Assembly (NCBI GenBank): GCA_010093705.1
Contig: MU006091.1
Coordinates: 186,001 to 250,000 of the forward strand
Reading direction: 5' to 3'
Source: Patellaria atrata CBS 101060
Lineage: Eukaryota
Length of the DNA stretch: 64,000 nucleotides
Below, in pieces: positions 24,227 to 35,992 of the stretch. Each line of letters starts with the position of its first letter. The first letter of the stretch is position 1. Under the pieces are notes generated by a model. That model was not told where the DNA came from and ran no database searches. It saw only the letters and a program-made list of their open reading frames with translations. The position numbers were made by a program, and so were the translations under genes.

Positions 24227-26461
24227 ATGGCGGACAATTACCAGGTTCTAGAGGAACTGGGCAGTAAGCGCTGGCACTTATTCTTTTTCAAATGCGGAGC
24301 TAACCTCTAATCGCAGGCGGAAGCTTTGGTGTCGTCTACAAAGGGATTGAAAAGTCTACAGGCGACCTCGTAGCTATCAAACATGTATGCGCAAACACGA
24401 ACCTTGACGTCGTAACATACTGACAATCGGGGCAGATAGATTTAGAGGGTAGTGATGATGACATTCAGGAAATTCAACAAGAGATATCACTATTAAGCAC
24501 ATGCAAAAGCCCATTCGTTACCCAATACAAGACGAGCTTCGTCAAGGGTGTAAAACTATGGATAGTCATGGAATATCTAGGCGGCGGGTCTTGCTTAGAT
24601 CTTGTATGTGACTCCTTTCACAGTAGCCCACGAAATGAAATTACTGATAGAAACATAGCTCAAACCAGGACCGTTCAGTGAAGCGCATATTGCTATCGTC
24701 TGTCGTGAACTCTTGCTTGGCCTCGACTACCTCCATCAAACGGGAAAGATCCATCGCGATATCAAGGCCGCAAATGTTCTTCTATCACAGACGGGAAGGG
24801 TTAAGATAGCAGATTTTGGTGTCGCCGCGCAGCTAACGAACATAAAATCTCAGCGCATGACGTTTGTTGGTACCCCCTACTGGATGGCACCGGAGGTGAT
24901 TCAGGAGGCTGGTTACGACTTTAAGGCAGACATCTGGTCATTAGGGATAACAGCGATGGAGATGGCGAACGGCGAACCCCCACACGCGAATACCCATCCG
25001 ATGAAGATCCTCTTTCACATCCCAAAGGCCCCAGCTCCGAGATTAGAAGGGAGCCACTTCAGCAAAGAGTTCAAAGACTTCATAGCGTCATGTTTGATAA
25101 AAGATCCAGATCGAAGATGTACAGCAAAAGAGCTCCTTCGTCATCGCTTTATTAGCCGGGCAGGGAAGGTTGAGTCATTGCGCGAGCTGATAGAGAGACG
25201 GCAACTATTCGATGCATCGGAAGAGAAGGCGGACCATCCGAAATATTATGAAGAGACCATGCAAGATATTTCTCCGCGAACTGAGCAGGAAGAATGGATT
25301 TTCGACACTGTCAAACCTACCACCATCGCTCCTCCACCACGACATACCTCAAAGAGACAGAAACTGGCTCGCATACCTTCAGGAGGAGAAGACTCACCAG
25401 AGACACTCATTCAACGACTCAACCTCAATGATGCTCCGCTTGGCTGCGCTTCTCCTGGACCTTACAGGGACACCGTGCGCAGAACTCCCGCCAAAGATCG
25501 CCGTAGGTCCTCTGCAAATACAGCTATCCATACTCCATCCGGCGCAGCCGCAATCCGCATACCATCAGGAATGACGCCCACCGCACGGCGCGTCAGCGGC
25601 CAAGCAAAGCAGCCCCTCGGCGTCGACATGTCCTTCGGCAACGGGAACTCCACCGTCCGCCGATTCCGCCGCGTGTCCGCAGAGCAAACCCCCAATTCCA
25701 CTATGGTTTCAGAAGGCATAGCCGTAGCTGACATGCAACCACCTCCCACTAATATGCTCCCAGACACAAGAGACGAAAATTCACCGCCACTAACAGCTGG
25801 GACACCAGGGGTGTCAAAAGAGGTGCTATTAGGTCGAAGGACATACTCCAAAGTCGTGGATAACGCATTCCAGGAAACGTATGCGCAGACAGCGAACCAA
25901 GCGAAAAGGGAAGCTCTAGCAAGAGTCGCCCATGCATGGAGCGCACTCGACCGCATCGATCCCGAAGGCGAGTTCCTGCTCCTCAAAGCTATCGTGGAGA
26001 AGGCACAGAGCGATGCCAAACTATCCGTCGCCCTTGGACTCAGCACGCCCGCGCCTCCAGCCACGCCATCCCCCGTCAAACAGCAGCGGAGGGAATCCCT
26101 CGCTCCTGTCCCTGGGCCCATCTCTACACCCACCCGCACTCCGGCACAAAGCCGCCGTAACTCCTCCTTCGCCCCTTCGGAACAGTCCACACCTACCAGC
26201 AGCCCTACCAAGCAGTCAAAACTGGTCCTCGCGCAGAATAACCCGCACCTCAAATCCCACCACCGACGACGCCAGAGCGCCATCGTTGGGAACGGCGGGC
26301 CGGTTGGGGGATTAGAAGGAGGGAGGGAGTACGGTTATGGCGGCGTCGATGAGAGGAAGTTGCCTGGTTATGTGAGGCCGGGCATGGAGCATACGGGTAT
26401 GCTTGCCGATGTGCTGTATTCGAGGTGGATGGATGGACTGAGGGGAAGATGGGGCATGTAA
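24227..26461 (+). CDS. sid1: STE20/GCK-family kinase, septation initiation network Sid1/SepL-like
   Basis: Three short 5' introns give MADNYQVLEELGSGSFGVVYKG..VAIKHIDLE..LWIVMEYLGGGSCLDLLKPG. Also HRDIKAAN, DFG, GTPYWMAPE and C-terminal LADVLYSRWMDGLRGRW. Confidence 0.85.
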
Positions 26462-27028
26462 CGAAAGATAATGGAGAGAGGGTCTCGAGGAGATTCGTAC
26501 CATGAGTCGTGAAGTCTGATCTGGACGACAGATGTGGAAACTGGTGGCGAGAGCTAGGAGGATACTTATTTTCGATTCTTTGTACTACCTTTTGACGGAT
26601 GGGGGGAGGAGGTTCCTTTTGCATTTCCCCTGTACGAGTTTACGGCAGTCGGTTTTGTTTTTGCTTGCATTTGATGGTGCATTTGCATATGCATCCTGCT
26701 TGGCGTCAATTTTTTCATCCGGCGTTGAAAAAGGGAACGAGTTACTTTTTTATAAAATAGATTCTCTGATGCTATTTGGATCAGAAGACTTGCATTTGTA
26801 CATAGAGTAATAGAGATTTTGAGTCTGAAATCAAGACTCATTAGCGCCTGTTATGCATGAACAACTCACTGAATAATTAAGATCTCTATCCCATGTGAGT
26901 CAGATGAAAAGGGTATCTAAGTGTAGATGCCACCGTTACGCCTCGCTCTCAATGACATCCATCTACATATCCAACACATTCCTCCCGACCCTCCTCTTCC
27001 ATTTCCGTTGTCCCGTAAGAAACCGCAC

Positions 27029-28036
27029 CTAAATTACTGCTTTTCGGGTTTCATCAGCTGGTAGACGCATATAATAATCGATCGCGGCCGAGAAAGCGGC
27101 GAAACCAGCGCATCCCAATGCCGCAGCCTGCGGTCCAGCTTTTATGGCCAAGGCACCGCCGGTCAAGCATCCCGCTGCAATACCGTTGGAGAGGTCGTTT
27201 TTCGCGCGGAACTAGGGCGGTTGGTGTTAGTTTAAGTCTTTGTTGATTTGGTAACTCTTATACACCGCACTCCCCCCTATCCCCATTCTGAGGCTGCAGT
27301 CGCAAAACAGAAAACGGGTGCTTGTAATTCCCTACGACCATCGGAGTGCAGTAGATAATGATGATGAAGGCTAGTAAGGAGGTAAGAGGGGAATTATGAG
27401 TCCTTATAGTCTGAGGTTTGGGGATGCCTGGATGCGGGTATTTAGAGAATAGAGATATTATTGCTCACTCCTTCGATACAACACTCAGTCCCCGCAAAGA
27501 TAGCCCCGATGAGTCCAAAGTTTTTCCCTGAGGAGTACGATGCTCTTCCCATTTCTTTGAAACCGCGACGGAGTTGCTCCCGCACGGGGAGTTTGGCGAT
27601 CTCGGCGCCTTGAGGGGTGAGGGGGGTGTCGTAACGCATCTATCCTAACCGTAAGCTTCCGCTATAGTTCTTGCAATGTCGCACTCTGTAATGCGTACGC
27701 GAACGCAAAGGAAGGGCGGGATTTTAGTGAGCGATACGTGGGGAAGAGGGAAGCCGTACGCTCGACATGAAAAGTCCAAACATGGCACCTAAGCCCATAC
27801 CCATAACGCCGGACATGGAGGTTTTACCGGGGCAGGATTCCATGGTGGTTTGCATCTGGAAGTCTGTCAGTAATTGGTTGGTAGGTCTGATGTCAATGCC
27901 GCAATTGGGGTCCCAGACGTGGTCTAAGAAGGCGGCGTACCCATTTGATCATGTTGGCCTGCTGAATCTGCTCATCGGAGAGACCTTGCTGTCCGCCTCC
28001 AAACATTCCACCAGGCAGCATACCGGGGAGAGACAT
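27029..28036 (-). CDS. TIM22: Mitochondrial inner-membrane translocase subunit Tim22 (4 exons)
   Basis: [88 protein letters not shown]. Confidence 0.95.
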
Positions 28037-28241
28037 GGTGGGCGTGTTGGAAGATGACAAGGAGGAACAATCGAGGTTCAATACACTTTTGAAGCTTTGG
28101 CATGCGATGATGGGATGGTACAATTTCGGCCCGATTGTTTCCAGGATTCAATAGGCGCCTAAGCGCGATAAGCGACCTACATTTTCAACCTCATCTTCAA
28201 TAACATCCAGACCATCTACAATCCCATCAGGATACCTCCAA

Positions 28242-29081
28242 ATGCTCCTCCCGCGGATACGCGCCCCTATTCAGCGGGCAGCAAGAGCTGCATCTAAGCT
28301 TCTTAAACCCGACACCACTCCCCTCGAAGCACTCCGCTATTTCAATCCCTCTACAGCCTCCGCGTCCCTCACATTCTCCCGCAACGCAAGTCATCAAGCA
28401 CAAGGTCGAGCCAACGGGGTAAAACAAGGAGCAGGCAAACGTCTCGGTGCCAAAAAGACTGGCGGTACGTCCTCCTTGAGATTCTCGAAATACACCTACG
28501 AAACCCTATCTCCCATACCTTACTAACACTTGTTGATCTGGTTAGAACAATATGTTGTCCCTGGAAACATTATTTTCCGCCAACGTGGCACGCACTGGTT
28601 CCCCGGGACGAACTGCGCAATGGGTCGTGACCACACCATCTACGCGACGCAGCCTGGTTTTGTAAAATACTATCGTGACCCACGGCTTCACTCGAAGAGG
28701 CAGTATATTGGGGTCGTTTTCAAGCGGGACGAAGTGCTACCAGCCCCTCCTCATGCGGCACGGAAGCGAAGACTGGGTATGATCGCTAGCCCGATACAGG
28801 AACCGGCTAAAGATGCGTTGAGCGAGTGGGAGGATAAGGTCGATGATGCGGCAGCTGGGAAAGGAAAGAAGAGAATTGAGCAGGGAGGAGTTACTAAGTT
28901 AGCTCTGAGACCAGGATATATGTATAGAGAGGCTAATTGGGAGATTGGACGCACCGCGGAGAAGGCGGGTATAGTGGCAAAGAAGTTTGTTCCAGGTGAT
29001 AGGTTTTTAGCTTGGCGGAAGTCGAATGCAAGAAAAGCGAAGAATTTGGAGAGGAGAGCGTTGAGTAAGAAGAAGAGGTAA
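28242..29081 (+). CDS. MRP7: Mitochondrial ribosomal protein bL27m (2 exons)
   Basis: [52 protein letters not shown]; intron 28465..28545. Confidence 0.93.
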
Positions 29082-32000
29082 GGGGTGTCCAAATTTGACA
29101 ATGTACAATACTAGGGAAGGGGCATCTACCTGTACAGCATCGATTATCTATCAGTTCATATCTCGCTTTCTCTGTCGCAATTGTGCCATTCCTAGCGTCA
29201 GTATGCTTGCCCGACACTTAGTGAATTCGTTGGGTTCCAAGTTCGCATTATTATGAAGTTCCTATAGTCTATACGGTAAATTGACTGTAGGTTTAGGAGT
29301 TCCAGCGCGTTCACGTCTAATGTATACGGTATAGTTAGAGACAGTATGAAAAGGAGCGTACAAGAAGCGAGAATTACCAGCCTTGAGCTCCATTGGCCGG
29401 CACATAAATTATTCCCATCCTTACGAGTGTGCACACTTAACTATAACACTAAGCATCTCAACGCCGTGGTCTCACTTCAATAAACATTTCCAAGTATGGG
29501 CTGTTCTAGCGCTCGCCATCGTGAGCTGTGGTCTGTCCAGCCTTCCGGCAATTATCCACTGGAATAATGTTTTCGACAGTGGTCTAAAATCACAGTACTC
29601 TGCACTATCCACCTGATAATTGTAGATCCACCATATGTCCTGTCGTGTTCGACTATGAGAGACCGCAGAATCTAGCGTAGGCATGGCGAATAATAGGGAG
29701 CGCACCGGGTCCTCTGATTTCCTCGAAAGAAATGGAAAATGTCTGTTGGAGAGGAATATTGCAATGCAATTTGGTTATGAGGATATAGAAAACCAGGTTT
29801 GAGTCGTGAGGTTAGGGTTGTAGAAAGTGAAACATTTGCTCAGATCATACTGTCTTCACTTTCTCCAGTTGCCCGGCCAACAGTTCGAAAGGGACGATGT
29901 ATCGTATCAAGGGGAACTAGGAGAACAGTATTAATGAAATGTATGGTATAGCTAACCTGTACGCCGGCACGTGAGAACTTTTCTCTAAGATTATTGACAC
30001 AAATGAAGACCACCTATCCACGTAGTAGCAGATTTACAGGAAGAATTAGACCCCCATTCCACCTCTTGTACAGCAATCAAACAGACCCACTTCGAGACGT
30101 ACCTTGTGTACTTTTACCGCACCCCGATAAGGCACATATTCATACTCTCCTGGTTCTCACCACCGTCGCATTTTGCAACAATCCATTGTCCCTGCGTATT
30201 GATCTCTCCGTGAGATAGCGGTCGCCTCCATATTGTCTTCTCTCTGTAGAATAATGTGCGCTACGGCCTTATCCGCGTTGTAGTTTCCGTCGTGACTTAA
30301 ATATGTTCGTAGAATGATTGCTCGAAGAGCAGAGTCATAGTGAGACTGTGGGAGTAGAAAATGCGAATGGGTATGAGCGAAGTCTGGCGGATTAAAGTAG
30401 CGGGTCGGAAATGGGAGAAGTTTCACCGATAGCTCGTTCCCGTATAAGCTGTTAATGCATGAATTGGAGAACAAAATGGGATTTGGGGTAAGTGATAGTT
30501 CATGACGTACTATACTGCGTGGCGAAGCTGTCCGTAAACCATTTTTACGAACAGGAAGGGATACTTGTACAATGGTTCATAAAGGTGCATAATGAAACAG
30601 ACCTAAGGATATTCGGGCTTGATTAACGTACTCCTGCGCTTGTAGACCGTCAAGGGTTCCTCGGGGATGGATAGGTGTAGGATAATAAATTCGGGGAAAA
30701 CGACGAGCGATCAACGACAGAAGATACCACTTACCCGTACACGGTTTCGGGGTCCTTTTACTGCTTACTTTGCCATAAGGTACAACCTCCGTAAGGGATC
30801 CGCCATTGTGGATTCCCTGAATGATCTAACTTCTCTTATCTTCCATACATGACAACCACATGACAGGGGAACATGAAGACATCAGCTGATGGAAGCGTCT
30901 GTTGGGACAGGATCCTGTATAGTCTAGGTAGAGAAAATTTTCCCACACTTCCCCTTATGGGACCAATCTTCTGCATTCACTGTGGAGATGCAGCGGAGGA
31001 TAAAGAACCGGAAGTATTGACAGCCGTTAACGGTGGCAAACTTACTCACCCTTCTTTCCTTGTGTCTCGTCACAATCGTACTAAGGCCTTGAGGATCATC
31101 TCATTGCCCTGGATGCGTCGGGTGTTATCTATCCGTTCTTAGAAAGAACGACTATGAGGTAACCTGCATGCGGACGTAAAACGAAGAGAACCAGTTCCGA
31201 TAACGGCAGTACCTTACTGTGAGAAGGAAAGAGGGGGGGAGAGAAGCAGATTGTGGACGTCACTGGGCGCGGAGCAAACACGCTGTCTCGTGCTCTACCC
31301 ACGCTCGGGGCCCTTTCTGCATCGAACGTTTGTTATATACACACCAACCTAACGAACCTTCAAGTGCAAAGCATGAACAACCCTAGGTACGCATTGTATT
31401 CGCTTCAGGTGTTTGTACGGCAGCAACTTGTCCTGTAAGGTACAATCTGATCTTTATAAATAGCAACCGACTTAGGGGCCATTTCCACAATGGAATCACC
31501 GAACGATGAACCAGGGGTAATATGACAGGAGAGAGGGAAAGATAGGAAAGCAGAAGGGGAAGGTACACAGTGTTACCTAATATTGTTGCGGTCCTACAAG
31601 GTACTTTACTGAGGGAAGGTAGGAAATGAGGCGCATTCTTAAGGGGAAGGATCACCTACAATGGGGGAGCGCAAGATCCCGACAAACGAATGGCCTGGCA
31701 AGACACCTGGAGGCAGAGCTTCAAGTATTGTATCATTGAACTATCAAAACCTTTTACGGAGCTTGTCCATGAGCTCCTTCGAGCTGCTCACATGGTGATA
31801 TCTGTAGATAGATGATGTATCAGTATGACGGTTGCTACGGTGATCATCGAACTGGTGTGATTACTTACAAATTTTGGGAGGAGTAGTACAGCCCGGCATA
31901 CACCCCCGAGGCGTTGTTCTTTCCGTACCTTACTGTTTCCCCCTCTTCGCAGGAAGTCACATGGCAGGTGAAGGTAATAAAACGCGAGCCTCCGCCCACT

Positions 32001-32088
32001 TCTGTACACCCCAGTTAACATCCTCATTCGCACTCAGATTATGGTACAATCCTCAATACTTATGCATCCTTATCTTTTCTGCTGAGAT

Positions 32089-34407
32089 ATGGTTACTTTT
32101 GTCGAGATACTTGACCATTCCCAACACGACGCCAGTGGTTACGACAAGTTGTTTGACGAGGATCCAGGTCAGCATTTCGAGCTCGTCACGGGCTCCAAGA
32201 AGAGGCAAGTCCATCAGCATCTCCGTCAGGGGATCTTGAACCACTATATCCTACGCAGTCGAGACAAGAAGATTCTTGGTGATCTTGGCGGCTCCCCTAG
32301 GGATATCGATCCAGGTGTTAAGCTACTAAACGGGCCAAATCACCCAATCTTTGAGGGTGACCTTGATTTCAGTCTTCTGTGGTCTCTGTACGGCGGTTAT
32401 CAACGTGTTCAATCTAGATTGAGGGATCGTTACAGAGAACTAGCAACTTCAGACTTACTCATCTTCCTGCAAGTGTACGACGACCAAGCCCCGAGATACG
32501 TTCTCGTGAATGACACCGAACTTCTCATTGCTCTAGCAGCTCGAAAGAACCTCATCACGCAAGAATTACGCCGTCGAGGTGAGTATCCAGAAGAGGACGA
32601 CAGCAAAGACTTCGTGGTCACCATGACTCCAGCAGGAAAGACTGACAACAACGTCCTATCCAGTGGAGAGATTGAGGCTGTCGTTGACAGTGCAGTGAAC
32701 TGTGAAACTCCTCAAGTCTTCAGAAAGCCATATCGCGGTCCGGTATTCCTGAAACAACACGAAGCCTCAATGGTAAACTTTACAAACCCTTTTCCATCCC
32801 GAAACGTCACCACTCCTACACCCAACAAGGTACCTAGACGGATACCAGCTTGGGAGCAGGAGGCTCTTAAGAAACAAAAGGAAAATGAACCCACTCAACA
32901 GCAATCGGAACCAAAATTCACTCCAGCTCTTCCACATGGAACTCAACCCACAATGAACGCTTACGTGGAGAATGCTCAAAGGAGCTCCGAAACGTCTGAG
33001 CCAAACGCTGGCAACACGACCTCTCGTTGTGCGGTGCGTCCAGTTTACTTCAATGAACATGCACACCCGATATCATCTCGCGGTCTGACAGCTTGTTGCA
33101 GACCCAACGGTTCTCCCTACGGTCCGAGAATGTCAGAGGATTCAGAGTACTCTAACCCTTGGTCCCGCACTGATACATGTTCATACTGCGCTTCAGATAC
33201 ATGTGCGAGCAGGTTTCCAGTGATCTATGGACAGCATAGTCACCCAATGATTCACAACAGACCCTGTGACGGCCCCTTGCGTGCTGAAGTTGAGCCAATT
33301 ATCCATTCAATTCGCCCTTCGAAACGTCGTCCGGACTTGATTCACACCCTTGAAGAGTACGCTCGAGCACAATCTAAGAGAAGACGCCGGGACGACAGTC
33401 TGTACGATGATATCGACATCTACGATCCTTTCGTTCATGAGCCATCACCATGGACATTGTGGCCTATGGGGCATCCGCTTGCAGCACAAGCCGTGAGCTT
33501 GGGAGAACCAATTTACGCCGCGCATACTGGAATTCCGCACCATAGACAATATCGCCTGGAAGAACCAAATGTCATGCACTGTACGACGCTCGAAGATACC
33601 CTACCAGGACACCTCCACACTCATCCGGCACATACGGTTCGCAGATGTCATGCTGGTCTGGAATGCCCTGGTACACAAATTTCGAACACCTCTGGGAGAA
33701 CGCGTACCCGAAGGTCAAAGCCGTACGCGGGAAGAGTGAATCCACCAAGGTGGTACCAGGATCTCTTCGATATGCCAGACCACAACGTGGGAGCGTACAC
33801 TGGAAACCTCGAAACTGAGGGTGCCGGGTTTCTTCAAGATCACGGGCAGTACGATGCTCCAATTGCAGCCTCCAAGACGTTGCCTCGTATGGGCACAAAG
33901 CAATACGGACTAGAGAGACGCGCCCAGCAGTGGATGACTTCGAACGAAGAAGCTGGGGTTCGGGACTTTGCAAAGGAGCAAAGCAGTACTATGCCCAGGG
34001 ACTCCCGAACCCGCAGTACGCGTTATCGTGAGCTCTTCGGCAAGCTTGTTACCTCGGGGACGTACCGACCAGATCCTAGGTACACAGAGAATCAGGAGAG
34101 ATCACCAACCTACAGTCCCCAGTCTCCCAAGTACGTTCCAAAGTCCCCTGTGTACGTCCCCAAGTCTCCTGAATACACTCCACAGTTACCGCAATACAAG
34201 CCTGAGTCTCCTGGAGCTACGGTGTATGATCCAGTGTGTCCGATGAAGAATAAGGGATGTTCGGCTTGCAAGTCAACTGGAGTCGACCCTGACAACGTTT
34301 CGGCAGACAAGGAAGCTGAAGAGAGTCGAGGAGGTGAAAACCAAGTTTCAAAAGAGGAGGAGATCGGAACGCACGAAGCTCGTGGGTCATACTGGGAATC
34401 TGAGTGA
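32089..34407 (+). CDS. Orphan 772-aa protein with C-terminal YxPxSPx heptads
   Basis: Long uninterrupted ORF with no family recognised; start uncertain. Confidence 0.7.
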   Translation: MVTFVEILDHSQHDASGYDKLFDEDPGQHFELVTGSKKRQVHQHLRQGILNHYILRSRDKKILGDLGGSPRDIDPGVKLLNGPNHPIFEGDLDFSLLWSLYGGYQRVQSRLRDRYRELATSDLLIFLQVYDDQAPRYVLVNDTELLIALAARKNLITQELRRRGEYPEEDDSKDFVVTMTPAGKTDNNVLSSGEIEAVVDSAVNCETPQVFRKPYRGPVFLKQHEASMVNFTNPFPSRNVTTPTPNKVPRRIPAWEQEALKKQKENEPTQQQSEPKFTPALPHGTQPTMNAYVENAQRSSETSEPNAGNTTSRCAVRPVYFNEHAHPISSRGLTACCRPNGSPYGPRMSEDSEYSNPWSRTDTCSYCASDTCASRFPVIYGQHSHPMIHNRPCDGPLRAEVEPIIHSIRPSKRRPDLIHTLEEYARAQSKRRRRDDSLYDDIDIYDPFVHEPSPWTLWPMGHPLAAQAVSLGEPIYAAHTGIPHHRQYRLEEPNVMHCTTLEDTLPGHLHTHPAHTVRRCHAGLECPGTQISNTSGRTRTRRSKPYAGRVNPPRWYQDLFDMPDHNVGAYTGNLETEGAGFLQDHGQYDAPIAASKTLPRMGTKQYGLERRAQQWMTSNEEAGVRDFAKEQSSTMPRDSRTRSTRYRELFGKLVTSGTYRPDPRYTENQERSPTYSPQSPKYVPKSPVYVPKSPEYTPQLPQYKPESPGATVYDPVCPMKNKGCSACKSTGVDPDNVSADKEAEESRGGENQVSKEEEIGTHEARGSYWESE
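34111..34215 (+). repeat. Five degenerate 21-nt coding repeats (YSPQSPK YVPKSPV YVPKSPE YTPQLPQ YKPESPG)
   Basis: Read directly from the translation; each unit starts with a TAC codon. Confidence 0.85.
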
Positions 34408-35083
34408 ATGAACAGAAGACGGTGGAAGGAGCTATTCGGCCGGAAGAGCCGAACCAACGCCGCGTGTTCATTGGCGAAAAAATGGTGTTCAGGTGGCCGC
34501 CCTATATTTGGTATTTTTTTTTTTTTTTGAAATGCGCATTTCTGAGCATTGCTCGTCTTGAGATTGAGAGGATACATCGCTTTTTCTTTTTAACATCGTT
34601 CATCTGCATCGCAGGGGGTTATCATCATGGGGATCCCATGGACTCTGTCATGGAGTGGGTAAATGGAAATTTTGTCCAGAACCCATCGTTTCGTGGCATC
34701 TACCGTTCTTCTTTTCGTATCTCTCACCTGTATCACTGGAGAACATGGTGATCGGGACTCACTAGGTTCAAGCATGAATTGGGCGAATGAAACTTCTATT
34801 CAGAGCCCATTACTTCATGTTCAAACGTGGTTTTCTATTTAGATAGCTAGACATCCAACAATGGCAATATTGATAGCTAAGAAAGCCTGCCATCTTGGAG
34901 TCGTGACCAAACCGTTTCAGAGAGTCCAAATTATGTTGAACGCTCCAGCGATGCGCGAAGCGATTCGCAGTGGCAATAATTGCTCAAGTGTATGCGCCAT
35001 GAGAGTTTATGCATACCATTACGTCTGTAGCATGGGTCTTCATTGTCTTCGTTAAGCCGTCCCGTCATTCATCATTAACCCAT

Positions 35084-35648
35084 CTACAACCCCAGACCCT
35101 TCCTCACGTTCTCTCTCACGATCTTCTCATACTCCGATCTCCTCTCTCGCCACATCCTCGCCGCATCCACATTCGCGGGACTTTCGTCATTCGGCTCGGC
35201 CAGCATGCTCATGACGCTGATCAAGATCTTCTCAACCGACTGTATCGGGGACCATCTCTCGCTCGCGTGCTCGTAATGATTCGGATCATCGCCAGGCGGA
35301 TGCAGGATACTGATACACACGTCACCGCTCGGATAGACTGGACTCGCACATCACGTCAGCGTCAGACTTCAGGTGTACGCGGATGGGGTTACGCTCACCG
35401 TTCGGATGCCAGATGTCGCAAGTGAACTTCATCTTCGGCGGCGCGAGCGGGTAGTCTTTCGGGAACTTGAGCTCGGCGGGGAAGAGGCCGCCTTCGAATG
35501 GCGTGCCTTCAGGGCCTTGGATCAGCGCTTCCCAGAGGAAGAGGTCGTCTTCGTTGACGGGGCCCGCGGTGATGCCTTCGGGCGGGTCGTTGGTGAGGGT
35601 GCGGTATTCGTGGAAGAGGCGCTTGGATGCGACGGCCGAGGAGGACAT
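35084..35648 (-). CDS. UBC7: Ubiquitin-conjugating enzyme E2, Ubc7/UBE2G2 type (2 exons)
   Basis: WHPNV(intron 35338..35398)[38 protein letters not shown]. Confidence 0.95.
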
Positions 35649-35992
35649 GGTGGTGGTTGGGTTTATAGGCTAACGCGTGAGGTAGGGCGAGGACAAGTTC
35701 CGTGCTCTTGAGGAGTGAGGTTGTGGCTAGATGGAGATGGAGATAAGATAAGATTGTTTTCACGTGCTTCGACACGAACGTCGCGTCAAAGGGTTGAGGT
35801 TTGGGTTGGGTAAGTACAACTTCCTTAGGACCAGCAGCTTGCTATAGGTTATTTTTATTATTCTAATCAGAATTTCATCAGCCAATGTAAGAATCGTAAA
35901 CTACTATCCATTTGAGCACCCACATTGGTTAATAACCATTAGTGGAGAATCTCGACACTCAAGTTACTTCTACATCGACAACCGGTCAAATA

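Noticed and set aside
25462..26283. 273-aa antisense ORF (and similar antisense ORFs over hapX, UBC7 and the HET gene)
   Set aside because: Shadows of GC-rich coding sequence on the opposite strand.
27358..27413. Box C (ATGATGA) and box D (CTGA) in the TIM22 intron
   Set aside because: They lie on the antisense strand, are only ~55 nt apart and have no terminal stem.
29683..30218. Possible small spliced gene in the 3-kb gap after MRP7
   Set aside because: Splice sites are weak and the product is unrecognisable.
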